Positions 12,054 to 27,167 of a stretch of 64,000 bases of DNA are shown in pieces. This DNA is from Felis catus (lineage: Eukaryota). Each line of letters starts with the position of its first letter. Within the stretch, counting starts at the first letter, position 1. Location of the stretch: the NCBI RefSeq assembly GCF_018350175.1, contig NC_058382.1, positions 49,106,001 to 49,170,000 on the forward strand, read 5' to 3'. Below the pieces are notes generated by a model. That model made no database searches. It was not told where the DNA came from and worked only from the letters and a program-made list of their open reading frames with translations. The translations under genes and the position numbers were made by a program.

Positions 12054-15000
12054 GTCTAAGATATAAATGGGCATAAATGGGTGCTTCATAAAACAAGACT
12101 GCTAAAGAAATTAGCGAACAGATCTATTCTGGATTTTAATTTAATAGGTTTGGGAAAAATGCTTTAACAAGAACTGCTAAACCAAACCAAACCAAAACAA
12201 AACAAAACAATGAGGCCTACTGAAAAAAACTTTTTTTTTTATTCTTTACATTTAAAATCTAATCTTTGGGGGTGTCTGGGTGGCTCAGTCGGTTGAGTGT
12301 CCAACTCTTGATTTGGGCTCAGGTCATGATCTCACAGTTCATGGGATCAAGCCCCACAATTGGGGCTGACAGTGCAAAGCCTGCTTGGGATTCTCTCTCA
12401 TTCTCTCTCTGCTCCTCCCCTACTCACTCACTCACTCTCCTCTCTCTCTCTCTCTCTCTCAAAATAAATAAATAAACTTAAGTTTGTTTAAATAAAATCC
12501 AATCCTTGACAAGCTTCTGTTTATGCATAGGAACTTGAATGAGTAGCTGAAGAAATATTTTTACTTTTACTTCTTAGAGAAAATCATGTATCAATTCTAA
12601 TGTAGGAAAATAGACATTGAAATCTTACTGAGGTCAAACCATTTTTTCTAATGACTTCTATCATACTTTATATATTGGACCCCACCCTCCACAAACCTGG
12701 ACTTCAACAAAAATACACAAAGAATAACTTTCAGAGGATTATCCTATCCACTTTGCTAATAGCAAAGCCTATACAGGTTCTATAAACGTCAAGAAAGAGA
12801 AATGAATCTCTAAGATCAGTAAAATGCCAAAGCTAGGGCAACAGCTTTTGTATTAGTGCTGCCTGGTACACTTGTTTATAAAGGGAAAAATAAATCCATA
12901 GGGAGTTTTATATAAATGGTGTTTTCAGTAGTTATTAAACTTAAAAACTGAATGCCAATTCAGATAAATCTCTGTCAAAGTGACCAGATATATACGCTTA
13001 GCTGTTCCTATGTAGAAGGAAACATTTCCCAATTTAAAAACTAGATTCACACACGTTCTAAGTAAATCTATTCCGATCAATTGTTTGAATCACAAAGGAA
13101 ATCACCAAAGGCAGACTCTAGAAATGTCTTCTGACAAAGAACTCTGCAAAGTTAAAATGGGCCATGACTATGGATCGAGAAAGAAACATAGCTAAAGGAG
13201 TGTAATCTGTAACGACTGTAATCTGTAATGAGAATCCCACATACAATGACAAAAAGTATAAAACATCAAAGCAGGGGGATCACATGTTTTGCTCTAAGTA
13301 TTCTGACTTCACACTAAAATGTTCTTATAGCAATCACTTAGACTTGTTTTCTGTTCTCTGTTAAAGCTAAAAGGATGAATAAAACACAACTTTGGGTTGA
13401 TTTTTGCTTTTGTTGTTGTTTTTTTTTTAACCAACCAGACCTAAAGGCAATGAGTTTGATCTCTCTTTTGGAAAACTGTTTACTTATATGAGTATGTTGA
13501 TGACTCATGATTGATGAATAAAAATGAGACAGAGACAAAAAGGAAATGGACCAAAATTGATCTCATTAAAGTAGGTAAAAGCTTTCTGCAGAACTGAGCC
13601 AATTAATACCATATTCTACATCTACAGACTTGTCTGAATACTGTCTGTGGTATAGCAGTCTATTTTATCCTTTGCTTTGTAGGATTTCTTGCTCTATTAA
13701 GTTCAATTTCAAAGTAAATACTGTCAAGTGTGCTTTATGAGGACTAAATGTAAATCATTTGTAATAAATCAATAGATAACATCTAATATTAAAAAGTAAC
13801 AAGAGAACAACATAAATATTCTACTTAAAAATTAGGTAAATGCAAAAATAAAATGCTAAAATTGAGTTCAAAGTGGGGAGAGCTAAAATAGAGATTATAG
13901 TTTTCCATTATAAACCTGGTAGCACTCTGACTTGTATAATCATGTATTAAAACTATGTATGTATTACTTGAATAAAAAAAGGATGGGTGGGGCACCTGGA
14001 TGGCTCAGTCAGTTAAGCATCCAACTCAGGCTTAGGTCATGATATTATAGTTTGTGAGTCTGAGCCTCCCAAGGAGCTCTCTGCTATGGGCATGGAGCCC
14101 ACTTCAGATCCTCTGTCCCCCCACTTTCTCTCTGCCCCTCCCTACTCATACTCATACTCTCTCTCAAAATAAATAAACTTAAAAAAAAGAATTCACTTAA
14201 AAAAAAGTGGGAGAGGGGAAAAGACTAAAGCCATATGCCTGCCAGGACATATAGTGTCTATGTGAGACTATGGGAGCATCTTCTGAACTTGTACCACTAT
14301 TCTGCTCTGCTGTGGTTCAGTATGCAAAAAGTTACCCAGTCTAGAAATATTGGCTTGGTTTGGTTTTCTTAATTTCTCCCAAAATACCATTTACATAGAT
14401 TATCCTGAGTCCTCTAGTTAAAACAAGATTTAAGAAAAGAAATTTCAGGGACACCTGGGTGGCTCAGTCGGTTAAGCGTCCAACTCTTGGTTTTGGATCA
14501 GGTCATGATCACATGGTTTTTTGAGTTCGAGCCCAATGTCGGGCTCCATGCTGACAGTGCAGAGCCTGGTTGGGATTTTCTGTCTCCCTCTCTCTCTGCC
14601 CTTCCCCTCTTGAGCTGTCTCTCTCTCAAATAAATAAACTTAAAAAAAAAAAAAAAAAAAAAGACCTCTGAAGCAATGTTTTCACCAAGATGACACAGTC
14701 TTACAAGGCATTTCAGTAATCTTTAACTAGTTGGAAATAGGTTAATGTGTCCTGATCCTGAAAACTGTTTTAAGAGCCAGCTCTTAATAATCCATATAAA
14801 TGGGTTAGGATCATGAATCAGAGGGTTCAAGGCTACCCCTGAAATGTTAAGTAGTGATAACACACTAGGATTTGAAAATTTAAATGCATAAACCATTTTA
14901 AAAACTTAGGAGATCTTCATTTAAAGGTATTAGCTCAACACTTCCAGAATAGCTGAATCTCATGCTGCACATTTTTTTTAAAACACAGATCTAAATCCTA

Positions 15001-15480
15001 AAGGTTATTAAAGATGCTAAATCAAAGAACTAAATTGAAAATGTTGCTCTTAGTAGGGATAAGAACAAATCCCAGTGAGCTTTTTCCAGGCCTAGGAGAT
15101 CCAAGGGTTGGGTAAGAGAAAAACAACGGTTCACCATAGGAAGCATAGGAAGTCCCTGAGAATCAAATCCATACTAACGATAGATGCTGTGACGTTTTTG
15201 GTTTTTAAATCAAGCACCAATTTTTAAAAGTCTAAGTATTGTTAATATACTTCTAGCTTTTTTCCCCTAGAAGTGACAGGCCTGTACTTCATATTATTTG
15301 CAGAGCTGTGGATGACATAATCTCTTCCCCAAAACTGCAACTACGAACAAATAATTAAGAAAAATAATTATGAAATAGTATATAATATTTTTTTACTTAA
15401 AAGTGAGTTTACAAACTTGAATATAACTTACTGAGATAAGGAGATGCTTCTTGTTTCGATTTTTTGCATGTTTAACTTTT

Positions 15481-15703
15481 TTTTTTTTAATTTTTTTTTT
15501 CAACGTTTATTTATTTTTGGGACAGAGAGAGACAGAGCATGAACGGGGGAGGGGCAGAGAGAGAGGGAGACACAGAATCGGAAACAGGCTCCAGGCTCCG
15601 AGCCATCAGCCCAGAGCCTGACGCGGGGCTCGAACTCACGGACCGCGAGATCGTGACCTGGCTGAAGTCGGACGCTTAACCGACTGCGCCACCCAGGCGC
15701 CCC
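15481..15703 (-). mobile_element. Young cat-type SINE (SINEC_Fc-like)
   Basis: Perfect TSD TGCATGTTTAACTTTT (15465-15480/15704-15719). Confidence 0.95.
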
Positions 15704-15929
15704 TGCATGTTTAACTTTTAGAACAATTCAGCTAGGTGGAATTTTTCAGCCAGGTTACATCACCCAGGAGCAGTACTTGGGAAGTCATCTATTAATAGGT
15801 TTTTGAAAAATCAACTGTTTGTGAACAATAAGTTGTACAAAACTTCAAAAATTTTTATTTTCTTTTGAACTTATATTCTGCTGGTGCTGTAGCAAAAGCC
15901 AACAAAATTGCACTTCTAGGAAATGTACG

Positions 15930-16818
15930 TAAGTACAGGGCATTTCACTGCAGAATTGTTCATAGCTGTGAAATAAGAGAAATAACTTTAATACTCATGC
16001 ATAGGAAAGTGGTTGAATAAACTAAGGAAGATATTTATGAAATGATTTAAAGTGATTTCCAAAATATAATGTTAAGTGAAAAAAAGCAAAATGCAAAAGA
16101 GTAAACTATGCTGCTTCTGGGGTAAGAAAGGAAATTAAGAAAATATATGTATATCTGCTCACCTGTACATAAAGAAACAGAAAGTATACACTAAAAACTG
16201 AGAGCCTGGCTACGCTGGGGATGTGCAGGAAAGGATGGGAATGGGGTAAAAGGTTCAGCAGGAAGGTAATTCTAGAACCATGTTATTTTTACTGACCCAA
16301 AATTTTAAAAGTAAGACTGGGGGGAGGCAAAAATGCAATTCAAAGGAAAAAAAATGAACCTAACTCTATTTCCAATTAACAGCATAACCATAAAGGAGAG
16401 AGAAGGAAGGGGAAGGGAGAATAACTTAAGCGGCTCATTAACACAGTATTTTTTTTTACTCTATATCCTCAGTCTAATGACAAAAAGTGCTATAAACAAA
16501 CACTGAACTCTAGTAGGTTTTCTCACAAAGGCATAGCTTAACATTCTAAAATTATTTTAAGCATACTACAGGATTCAGAAATTAAATAAATAATTTGAGG
16601 ACAATAGGAACCAAGTTTTTCACTGTCAGAGAAGGGAATTATAAACATGGAAAGGGAGAAAGCTAGAATGAACCTTGTGGTGCTGGAGGTATTGATATGA
16701 ATAAAAATCACTTTTTAACATGTGTGTCTATACATATAGATATGAACAGATGTCTATGTGTATACATACACATTTGGGTACGCATATGTACATATGAAAG
16801 TGTGTATGTAAATACCCA

Positions 16819-16869
<51 letters not shown>

Positions 16870-17040
16870 TTTATACATTTTCTGGCTCTGCCTGTTGAAG
16901 CAGTAACACTTCAGAAGCACTGAGCACATTTAGCACCTGGACCTTGGCTTCTAAATACCATTCTCCACTAAAAGCAAAGAGATCCTTGGAGAAGTGGTTG
17001 ATTGTAGAGCTAAGGATTAGAAAATAGTACAAAATGAGCC
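15930..17040 (+). mobile_element. Ancient L1M (L1MC/MD-type) 3' region
   Basis: Motifs such as GGAAAGGGAGAAAGCTAGAATGAACCTTGTGGTGCTGG and CTTGGCTTCTAAATACCATTCTCCACTAAAA; contains a (CA)n tract. Confidence 0.55.
16822..16866. repeat. (CA)n microsatellite
   Basis: Seen directly. Confidence 0.95.
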
Positions 17041-17594
17041 TAAGAGACTTCCAGGTTCTAGGTCGCTATGTAAAGAGCTTTGAAATCATCACTCCTATCT
17101 TTACAACAAGAAAAAAGATTAACTAAAAATTAACAATTCTTCTTACATCTATCAGAGAACTGAAGTCACAGGGTAAACTCTGGCCAAAATTTGGAGAGAC
17201 AGGGGTGTCTGGGTGGCTCAGTCAGTTAAGCCTCTGGCTTTGGCTCAGTTCATGATCTCAAGGTTCATGAGTTTGAGCCTTGTGTTGGGCTCTGCGCTGA
17301 GAGCCCAGGAGCCTGCTTTGGATTCGCTCTCTCTCTGTCTCTCTCTCTCTCTCTGTCTCTCTCTCTCTGTATTCCTCCTTTGCTGTCTCTGTCTCTCTAT
17401 CTCAAAATAAGCATTAGAAAAAAATTGGAGAGACAGGTAAGTACAGAGAATCACAGCTTACCAGAAGCTGAAGCCCAGGAGGAGACCACTGCTAGAACCA
17501 GTACTCAGGGGAACACAGGAATTGTAACTGATGACTGCTCCAGGCTCAGTGTGGACAGCTTGAGAGTTAAAAACCCAGGAGAACGAATGATATG

Positions 17595-18860
17595 AAAATG
17601 ACACTAAGTAAATGATTTCATTTACAACAGCATCAAAAAGAAAAAAAAAAAAAATACAGAGGAATAAACTTAACCAAAGAGGAGAAAGACTTACACACTG
17701 AAAACTACAAAACATTCTGGATAGAAATTAAAGACACAACTAAATGGAAAGACATGCCATGTTCACAGACCGGAAGACTTAATGCAGTCAATACTACCAA
17801 AGAGATCTATAACTGAACGCAATGCCTATGAAAGTCCCAATAATGTTTTTTGAAAAATCCATTCTAAAATTCATATAGAATCCCAACGGACCCTACCCTG
17901 AATAGCCAAAACACACTTACTGATTTCAAAACTTATTACAAAGCTATAGTAATCAAAACTTTGGTGCTGGGGCGCCTGGGTGATCCAGTCAGTTGAGCGC
18001 CCAACACTTGATTTTGGCTCAGGTCATGATCCTAGCGTCGTGGGATCAAGCCCCATGTCAGGCTCAGTGCCAAGTGTGGAGCCTGCTTAAGATTCTCTCT
18101 CTCCCTCTGCCCCACCCCTCCAAAAAAACAAAAACCAAACAACAACAACGACAAACAAAACCTGTGCTGCTGGCATAAAGACACATAGACCAATGGGAAA
18201 GAATAAAGAGCCCAGAGATAAACTTGGGCATATATGATCAAATAATTTTCAACAAAGATGCCAAGACCATTCAATGGGGAAAGGACAGTCTTTTCAACAA
18301 ATTGTATTAAAGAAACTGAATATCGTCATGCAAAAGAATAAGCTGGACCCTTACCTTATAGCAGCAAGTACAAAGTTTAATTCAAAATGGATCCAAGACC
18401 TAAATGTAAGAGCTAAAACTATAAAACTCTTATAAAAAAAAGCACAGGGGAAAACATTATAACATTGAATCTGGCAATGATTTCTTGGCTATGACACCAA
18501 AAGCACAGACAACAACGACAAAATAAACTGGAATACATCAGAATTAAAAACTTCTGTGCATCAAAGTACACAATCAGCAGAGTGAAAAAGACAACCCACG
18601 GGATGAAAAAAATTTGCAAATTATTTATGTGATAAGAGGTTAATATACAGAATATATAAAGAACTCCTACAACTCAACAACCAAAAACAACCCAATTAAT
18701 AATAGGCAAAGACTTAAATAGACATTTCTCCAACAAAGGTATACAAATCAAAGACGGTATACAAATAGTCAATACGCACATTAAGATGCTCAACAAAACT
18801 AATCATTAGGGAATAAATCAAAACCACAATAAGATATCACTTCACATTCATTACAGTGGT
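17595..18860 (+). mobile_element. Old L1M ORF2 fragment, interrupted by a SINE (17969-18160)
   Basis: Degraded ORF2 sequence (GGAATAAACTTAACCAAAGAGG, AAAGATGCCAAGACCATTCAATGGGGAAAGGACAGTCTTTTCAACAAAT, AACTTCTGTGCATCAAAG). Confidence 0.85.
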
Positions 18861-18922
18861 TACTATTTTTTTATGCATTTATTTATTTTTTGAGAGAGAA
18901 GAACACATGCACACACACATGG

Positions 18923-18924
<2 letters not shown>

Positions 18925-18965
<41 letters not shown>

Positions 18966-18980
18966 CGCGCGCACGCGCGA
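18925..18980. repeat. (GA)n followed by a short GC/CG alternating tract within a SINE
   Basis: GAGAGA...GAGCGCACGCGCGCACGCGCGA. Confidence 0.9.
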
Positions 18981-19949
18981 GAGCAGAGGGAGAGAAGAAA
19001 GAGAGACTCCCAAGCAAGCTCCATGCTGTCAGTACAGAGCCTGACACAGGGCTCACAATCTGTCAGATCATGACCTGAGCCAAAATCAAGAGTTGGACAC
19101 TTAACCAACTAAGTCCCTAGAGCCCCCCAAAGCTAGGTCCTTCTACACAGACACAAAATCAGGAGACGCACTGAGAAAGTTTAGGTATTATATAATGTAC
19201 TGAAAAACTTCTAGCTAGATCCAGAATGTTTACTCTTAGTGATCCTGACATTTTACATTCCTAAAGCTACAATTTCTCTTTACAGGAGCTGCTTGTGGTG
19301 CTTTTCCCAACTGTTCTGGATCTATTCCAGAATGTCATTTAAGCCATTTTTTGTCTACTTTCTTAAGAGATCACCCAGGCATTATTTGTGGGGTGCAAAG
19401 CCTCCAGGGTTTGGATTCACCCCAGAACTACTCTGCAATATTAACACTATGACAATTTAGAAAGTAGCTACACAATTATTTTGGATAATAGAGCTAAACA
19501 TCTTTTTACTTTTGCTGAAATTTAACTTCAGAATGAAACAGTTCTGAGGAAGGAAAAAAAGAAGAAAAGCAGAATAATTTTTACTCTGTAGATCCTAAGT
19601 TAAACCTGAGATATCAACTCTCTTGGGAACTGGTAAGATTTGTAAAGTCCAGGGGTATAGCCTTTTAGTACTTCAAAAAAATTATATATCTTGTTTTCTG
19701 TTACCAAACTGATTTGAATCTGCTCACCCCTTTCTTCTTGTATAAGCATTTATATTCATCCTCTTCCTCTCCAGCACGTCCAATCTTTCACCTTCTATTG
19801 GTTCCTCTTAAACTAAAATAAACTTATTTCCTTAATCGTGAAAAATCTTTATTTAACTAGGATATCCTTCTTCCAGATAGTCTCCCCTCCTGCCTCTAAC
19901 AAACTTCTGAAATAGACTAAAACAGTCTCAAAGAGTCCAAATTTGGATT

Positions 19950-21000
19950 CTATAGAAACTGTTCTATCTCAATTTGACAAAAGTAATGCTCTTTTCTCAG
20001 TTATCAGCCTTAACTATTCCGCTATTTACCCTACTGATTACTACCACTACCACCTCCTTTCAAATTTCTCCTTCCTTGGCTCCCACAACTAAAATTTCCC
20101 TCCTTGGTTTCCACAATTAAACTCTTCTAAATCTTCTTTTAACTCTCAACCACTCCTTTTGTTGCCTGTAATTCCCTCACAAGCCTCTTTCCAACCCTCA
20201 ATTGTGAGCATTCCCCAGGCTCAGTCCTTGCAATCATACTCTTCTATTTACACATTCTTTAAGAGGCTCCAACCACTTTTATACCTCCAACTACAGCCTT
20301 TTAAGCTCAATGACTAAAATTTAGATTCAGTTCAAGATGTAGTTCCAAATTTACATCCTCTTACTGGAAATTGCTTGAAATACCTGGCTGTCATTTCAAA
20401 TTCAATACAAGCTAAGAATTATGTATTTTTGGAGATAGCCTAACAGTTAAACTTTGACTTCTTGTCACCTGCTTAAGCCTTAGTGTTCCTTCAGCTCAAT
20501 CATTTCCTCAGGAAAATATTTCCTGACTCTGATTAATCAAATGTCCACATACTTATCTTTCACAGCACTTCTCATAGCTCTAATTTTCCATTTATTTTGT
20601 GGATTCTTTAATGGCTACTTCTTCCACTAGATGGTAAATTCCATGAGAGCAGGGAGCATGTCTTTTCAAGAGTGGGAGGTGAGGGGTATGAAAATCACCA
20701 TATTCCCAGCACCCATCATTAAGTTTTGGATATGAAATAAACAATATTTACCCAAAATTTTCAAATAAATGTACAGAAGTACTCTAAATGTTTCCTAGCT
20801 AATGAGTCTCCCATCAATCCCATCTCCATCGCTACTAGACCACCACTGTCCAGGTCTTTACTTCACAGTTGAATTACAAAAGCAGCTTACTCAATGAGCT
20901 CCTTCATATTTTCCTTATGTCAATCTACACTGAACACAAAAATCATTTTACCACGCCATTATCCAAACCCATAATTTTCAGGAACTTCTTATTTCTCTCA
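19950..21000 (+). mobile_element. L2 fragments
   Basis: Pyrimidine-rich degraded sequence with L2-like motifs (CATTCCCCAGGCTCAGTCCTTG; GTAAATTCCATGAGAGCAGGGAGCATGTC). Confidence 0.45.
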
Positions 21001-21672
21001 AAACAAATCTAAATGAATGCAGACATTTCACTAAAAACCTCAATTTGCCATGAATACTAATGTCAGCTACTCAGGGCAGCTCTTCCCACTAGCCGTGGCT
21101 TTGAAACACACTGATTCTTCCTTCTCTTTGAATCCCCTTTATTCTAAGTTCCTTGCAGACCACCACCAGTAATATTACCTTGGAAATGTTACTATTAATT
21201 GCATCACAAATGCCTAATATTAATTAACCAAGTTTTGTTGGCAACAGATTTACAAGCCATCTCTTAGGATGTGTTTCTTCCAAGGTACAATTAATATTAT
21301 TATTTATAATATTCTTATCAATTATAGTTTCAAAAAATTTCATTTTATAAATCTGTCCTGAAATTCTAATGATCACTGATTCAAAAATTCTAAGTAAAAT
21401 TATGGCAAATTAAATTCTGCTATCAAGAACAACAGATGAAGCCTGGTTCTACATTAGAAAAATCTATCAGTATAATATACTTCATTCAGAAACTTCACAT
21501 TTCCTTTTCCAAAAATTGTTTCTATACAAAATAAATAAAACATATCCTTAAAAATAAGAAAAAAGTCAACCATAATATGTCACTATGCTATGATACAAAA
21601 ATCTTTATGAAATACAATAGTATGTAACACAATCAAGTGGCTTACTTTATCATTATTTAAACCAATAATTTA

Positions 21673-21893
21673 TTTTTTTTTTATTTTTTTTTCAACTTTT
21701 ATTTATTTTTGGGACAGAGAGAGAGAGCATGAACGGGGGAGGGGCAGAGAGAGAGGGAGACACAGAATCGGAAGCAGGCTCCAGGCTCTGAGCCATCAGC
21801 CCAGAGCCTGACGCGGGGCTCGAACTCACAGACTGCGAGATCGTGACCTGGCTGAAGTCGGACGCTTAACCGACTGCGCCACCCAGGCGCCCC
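21673..21893 (-). mobile_element. Young cat-type SINE (SINEC_Fc-like)
   Basis: TSD TAAACCAATAATTTA (21658-21672/21894-21908). Confidence 0.93.
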
Positions 21894-24359
21894 TAAACCA
21901 ATAATTTAAACTGGATTTTCTAGGGGCGTCTGGGTGGCTCGGTCGGTTGAGCATCCGACTTCGGCTCAGATCATGATTTGGCAGTCTTTGAGTCTGAGCC
22001 CCACGTCAGGCTCTGTACTGACAGCTCAGAGCCTAGAGCCTGGAGCCTGCTTTGGATTCTGTGTCTCCCTCTCTCTCTGCTGCTCACCTGCTCGTGTTCT
22101 CTCTCTCTCAAAAATAAACATTAAAAAAAATTTTAATATAAATAAATAAATAAAGTGGGTTTTCTAATGTTAAGTATAATGTTTTTCCCAGACGGATTTT
22201 TCACATTATATATAGTTAAGAACCACAGAGAGAGAAATATTAACAAAATTTGAAAAGATTCATTTTCAAAACCTTTATACTACACCTAAAAGATCTAATC
22301 CCATGCCTGCATAATTTGATTCATGTTTTAATACAAACAACTTCCTGAACTAAAAAGCTGCATTATTAAAGTTAGAATACCTCTGGATTAGAAAAAGAAT
22401 AAACAGGTAGGCAAACAGTCAGGCAGGTACCACATAACTAGAAAACCACTAGTAAATGTGACCCAAGAATTCTGCAGGAAAGGAAGACTATCAAATAGTC
22501 TTGCAAAAATTAGTGCTTACAGAGAATGAAATGGACCTCGGTTCATGATTAAACACTATTTAAAAAAAAAAAATTTTTTAACATTTACTCATTTTTGAAA
22601 GAGAGCGAGTGGTGGAGAAGCAGAGAGAGAGAGGGAGACACAGAATCTGAAGCACGCTCCAGGCTCTGAACTGTCAGCGCAAAGCCCGACGCAGGGCTGG
22701 AACCCACAAACCGTGAGATCATGGACCTGAGCTGAAGTCCAGTGCTTAACGACTAAGCCACCTGGGCGTCCCTAAACACTATTTAAAAACAAACCAAAAA
22801 ACCTTAACAGTCACACTCCTTGAACTTTATGAAATAATTCTGTCCTCACACCATATCCAAACTAAAAAAAAGACAATGAGAATTTTGCCACCAATTTTTA
22901 AAAAGAATTCCAATTTGGTTTTTCAAAAGGAACTAAACAAGGAATCGAACTGCTCTTTGTTTTATCTCCAGTGTAACATTAAATCCAGAGACATTAGGTA
23001 ATTTGCCCAAAATGAAAACAAAGGAGAAAGGGTATAAGGATGATATAGTGGCATAAACACAGAACCTGTTTTGAAATGGTACTGCATATAATTACCTTTG
23101 TTAAAAGTATAAAGCAAATACATAGGTCTAAGCCCTCAAGTTAAGCCAAACGGTGTAGACACATAACACCAAGAGGCCTCTATCACTAAACTTATCAATA
23201 ACATAAAAACCAGCCTATAAACGCTAATCCAAAATATTAAATCAAATCCAAGTTTACATACAAATATCAAATTAATCATACATTAATGGGAATACTTACT
23301 TTAAATTATCTAAAAAATTTTTAATTTTTAATGTTTATATTTATTTTTGAGAGAGAGACAGAGTGTGAACAGGGAGGGGCAGAAAGAGAAGGAAACACAG
23401 AATTTGAAGCAGGCTTCAGGCTCCGAGCTGTCAGCACAGAACCCGACGCGGAGCTCAAACTCAGGAATTGTGAGATTATGAACTGAGCTGAGTCAGACGC
23501 ATAATCAATTGAGTCACAAAGGCGTCCCTAAAAATAATTTTTAAATACTTGTTCATAAGCTGTTCCAAAAATTGAAAGACCCATAATTCTTCCAAGTAAC
23601 CCTAAATTGACATGAAATAATCTGCCAACTCCCACAGAACATCCTGATAAGTAGTAGAGATCTTTATAAACCACAGAAAGGTTTCCAGTTTACAAAACGC
23701 TTTCAAGTCTAGTACATCTCACTCAATCTTTACTCCTTACAACTGCTCACTTTTACAGTTAAAGAAACAAGCTCACCAAATTGACCTGCACAAAGTAATT
23801 TAGCATCTATGGATTTCTGACTCCAAAATTTTAAAAAGTATTATATATATTCATCCTTAATCAAAATACTTTCCTTCATCAATAAATAAACATTAGTAAC
23901 AGAATAGGCCTAACAGCCTGAAAATAACCACTAACTTTCTAAACTAAGTTGTGTGACAAAATCGGTTATTAAGAATTCATTACAATGAATAACTAAATGT
24001 TTGCTCACCAATTAATCAGTTTGCTGTGGGGCAGGGGTGGGCGGGTGGGGCAGAATTAAAAACACAAATACTGGGCCACCTGGGTGGCTCATTCAGTTAA
24101 GTGCCCAACTCTTGATTTTGGCTCAGGTCATGATCTCATGGTTCATGGGTTCGAGCCCCACTGTCCAGGCAGAGACTGCTTGGGATTCTCTCTCCCTCCC
24201 TCTCTCTCTGCCCCTACCCCACTCTCTCTCTGTCTCTCAAAATAAACTTAAACAAAAACAAACAAAAACCCCACAAATACAAACAAACACTAAATAATGG
24301 GCATCACTAGTTTGAATATGTGCAAAATGACCACATGTTGTTGCAAAAACTATATGCAC

Positions 24360-24998
24360 TGGGAATGCAAGCTGCTGCAGCCACTCTGGAAAACAGTATG
24401 GAGGTTCCTCAAAAAACTAAAAATAGAACTATCCTACAACCCAGCAATTGCACTACTAGGTGTTTATCCACCTAGTAGTGGATATAGGTGTGCTGTTTTG
24501 AAGAAACACATGCACCCCCATGTTTATAGCAGCACTATCAATAATAGCCAAAGTATGGAAAGAGCCCAAATGTCCACTGATGGATGAATGGATAAAGAAG
24601 ATGTGGTATATATATGTATATACAATGGAGTATTACTCAGCAATCAAAAAGAATGAAATCCTGCCATTTGCAACCATGTGGATGGAACTGGAGGGTATTA
24701 TGCTAAGCGAAATTAGTCAGAGAAAGACAAAAATCATATGACTTCATTCATAGGAGGACTTTAAGAGACAAAACAGATGAATGTAAGGGAAGGGAAACAA
24801 AAATAATATAAAAACAAGGAGGGGGACAAAACAGAAGAGACTCATAAATATGGAGAACAAACAGAGGGTTACGGGAGGAGTTGTGGGAGGGCGGATGGGC
24901 TAAATGAGTAAGGGGCACTAAGGAATCTACTCCTGAAATCATTGTTGCACTATAGGCTAATTAATTTGGATGTAAATTTTAAAAAATAAAAAATAAAA
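24360..24998 (+). mobile_element. 5'-truncated carnivore L1 3' end (same subfamily as 4803-6225)
   Basis: WECKLLQPLWKTVWRFLKKLKIEL and ILPFATMWMELEGIMLSEISQ; shared 3' UTR; decayed TSD AAAAACTATATGCAC / AAAAACCATACACAC. Confidence 0.92.
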
Positions 24999-27167
24999 AA
25001 CCATACACACAGCTATTTCTTGAATAATCTGTTTCTGTGCTGAGAGCAAACATTTGCCATGGTTGAATTTACTTTCTTTTTTTTCTGCTAGAAATATGAT
25101 GAATTCAAAAGTGCTGCAAGGAAAGAAATTAACCATTGGGGAGAAATATTATATAAATGTTATATAAATACATTTTATATAAATGAGTTTGTTTGCCTCA
25201 ACAAGTAGCATCATTTCACAAGTATTCTAGTTTGTAACCTAACCACATATTAAAGAAAAAATAACCCAGAACCCTACATTTTAAACACCTTCTGGCAAAA
25301 AGGAGTCATTACTAACACCAAAGCATTTTAACATATATCCAATCACACTAAATTGACTTAGAAACTTTCACCTGACAGCCATCTTCTGAATCCAAGAAAT
25401 ACAGAATAAACCTATGTCTAAACTTCAGCGTGTCAACGGAATTAATTTATCATCACAAAATACTGATCTCTCAATCACCCAATGGAGAAATGAAATAATG
25501 GAATTTTTTAAAAAGTAAACTAAACACAGACATTTCACAAAAGATTAACAACATCCTATAGAAACTATTATTATTATAACTAAATTATTAAACAAACAAT
25601 TATTTTGGGTGATGGAGGATACTGGCTCAGAATAACAATTATTCTGCATTTTTGCTACATCCTACTTGATATGTTCTAATTAATTTAAAGAATAAATCTA
25701 TCTCACTACCTCAAGGCAATCTACAAATCACCATTATGTGGCATTGCTAAACCTTCATGTATAATAGCAAAAGTTCCAACATGTATCAATTCAGATTGCC
25801 ATGCTTTGCTGCAGGGTCTGCCATTCAGGAGAAAGCTCAATTTCCCAAGTTTGGTATACCTTAAAGCATCTGGAATTCCTTTTAAGTTACGTAAACTGAT
25901 ACTTAAAATAATGGAAAGAACACATCCAGAATCAGACAACTATGGAAAAAACATCTTGAGAAACTGGTGAAAAAGGAAAGTCTAAGGATACTGGCTTTCC
26001 AGGGCCGAATGAAGCCAACCTGGCTTCAGAAAAGACTACTGGTTTTCCTAACTTCAAGAAGGGAAATTCAGTTGCTTTCTACTAAGGTGCAAGAGTTGTT
26101 TTTTTTTTTTTGTTTGTTTGTTTTAAGTTCTGGCAGTAGGATGATGTTTTGTTTAGTAGGTATAATAAAAACTATGAATTAAAATTGACATGGAATACAA
26201 TTTTTCACCCAGCTTACAGTAAGTGTTTAACACTAACATCTTTGGGGCACCTGGATGGCTCAGTCAGTTAAGCGTCCAACTCGATTTTGGCTCAGGTCAT
26301 GATCTCATGGTTCATGAGATGGAGGCTGGCTGTGTCCTGACAGCTCGTAACTTGCTCAGCATTCTCTTTCCCTCTCTCTCTGCCCCTCCCTCACTCGTGC
26401 ACGCGTGTGAGCACTCTCCCTCTCTCTCAAAATAAATAAATATTAAAAAACACAAAAAACATGGGCGCCTGGGTGGCGCAGTCAGTTAAGTGTTCGGCTC
26501 AGGTCATGACTTCACAGTTCGTGAGTTCAAGCCCAGCATCAGGCTCTGCACTGACAGTGTAGAGCCTGTTTGGGATTCTCTCTCCCCTCTCTCACTCTGC
26601 CCCTCCCCCACTCGCATGAGCACATGTGCACTCTCTCTCAAAATAAATAAATAAACATTAAAAAAACTAACAAGTATCTTAAAAAAAACCAACATCTTTA
26701 TGTGATAAAGCAAGTGTAGTAAAATATTAATAGAATTTCAGTGACTGAGTATGTGAGTGTTCAATGTATGATTTTTTTCAATGTACAATTTCTTTAAACT
26801 TCTCTGTATGCTTGAAATTTTACATAATAAAATGGGGGCTAAAATGAAATGTACCTCTTAGAAACAGTGGTCATTAAACAAGATAATGTACATAAGCACA
26901 GAGCAGGTGCCCTGTATAATTTCTTTGTCCCTTTTGAACAAGGTCAGTTATCCAAAGAATGGGCTGCCTCAAAAGTCAACAACTTCAGGTTCTAGCAACA
27001 TATATGTTCTTCAGCAAAGAACATAACTTGAAAAGCCTTCATCAATAAACAGTATAAACGAAGTCCTTTCAAAGTCATAGGTAAACTCGGAAGAAAATGG
27101 GAATCCCCTAGCTGCCAGGAAAAGGAAGGAAGAAGGATGGATTAAAAACCATGGCACCAAAAAAAGA

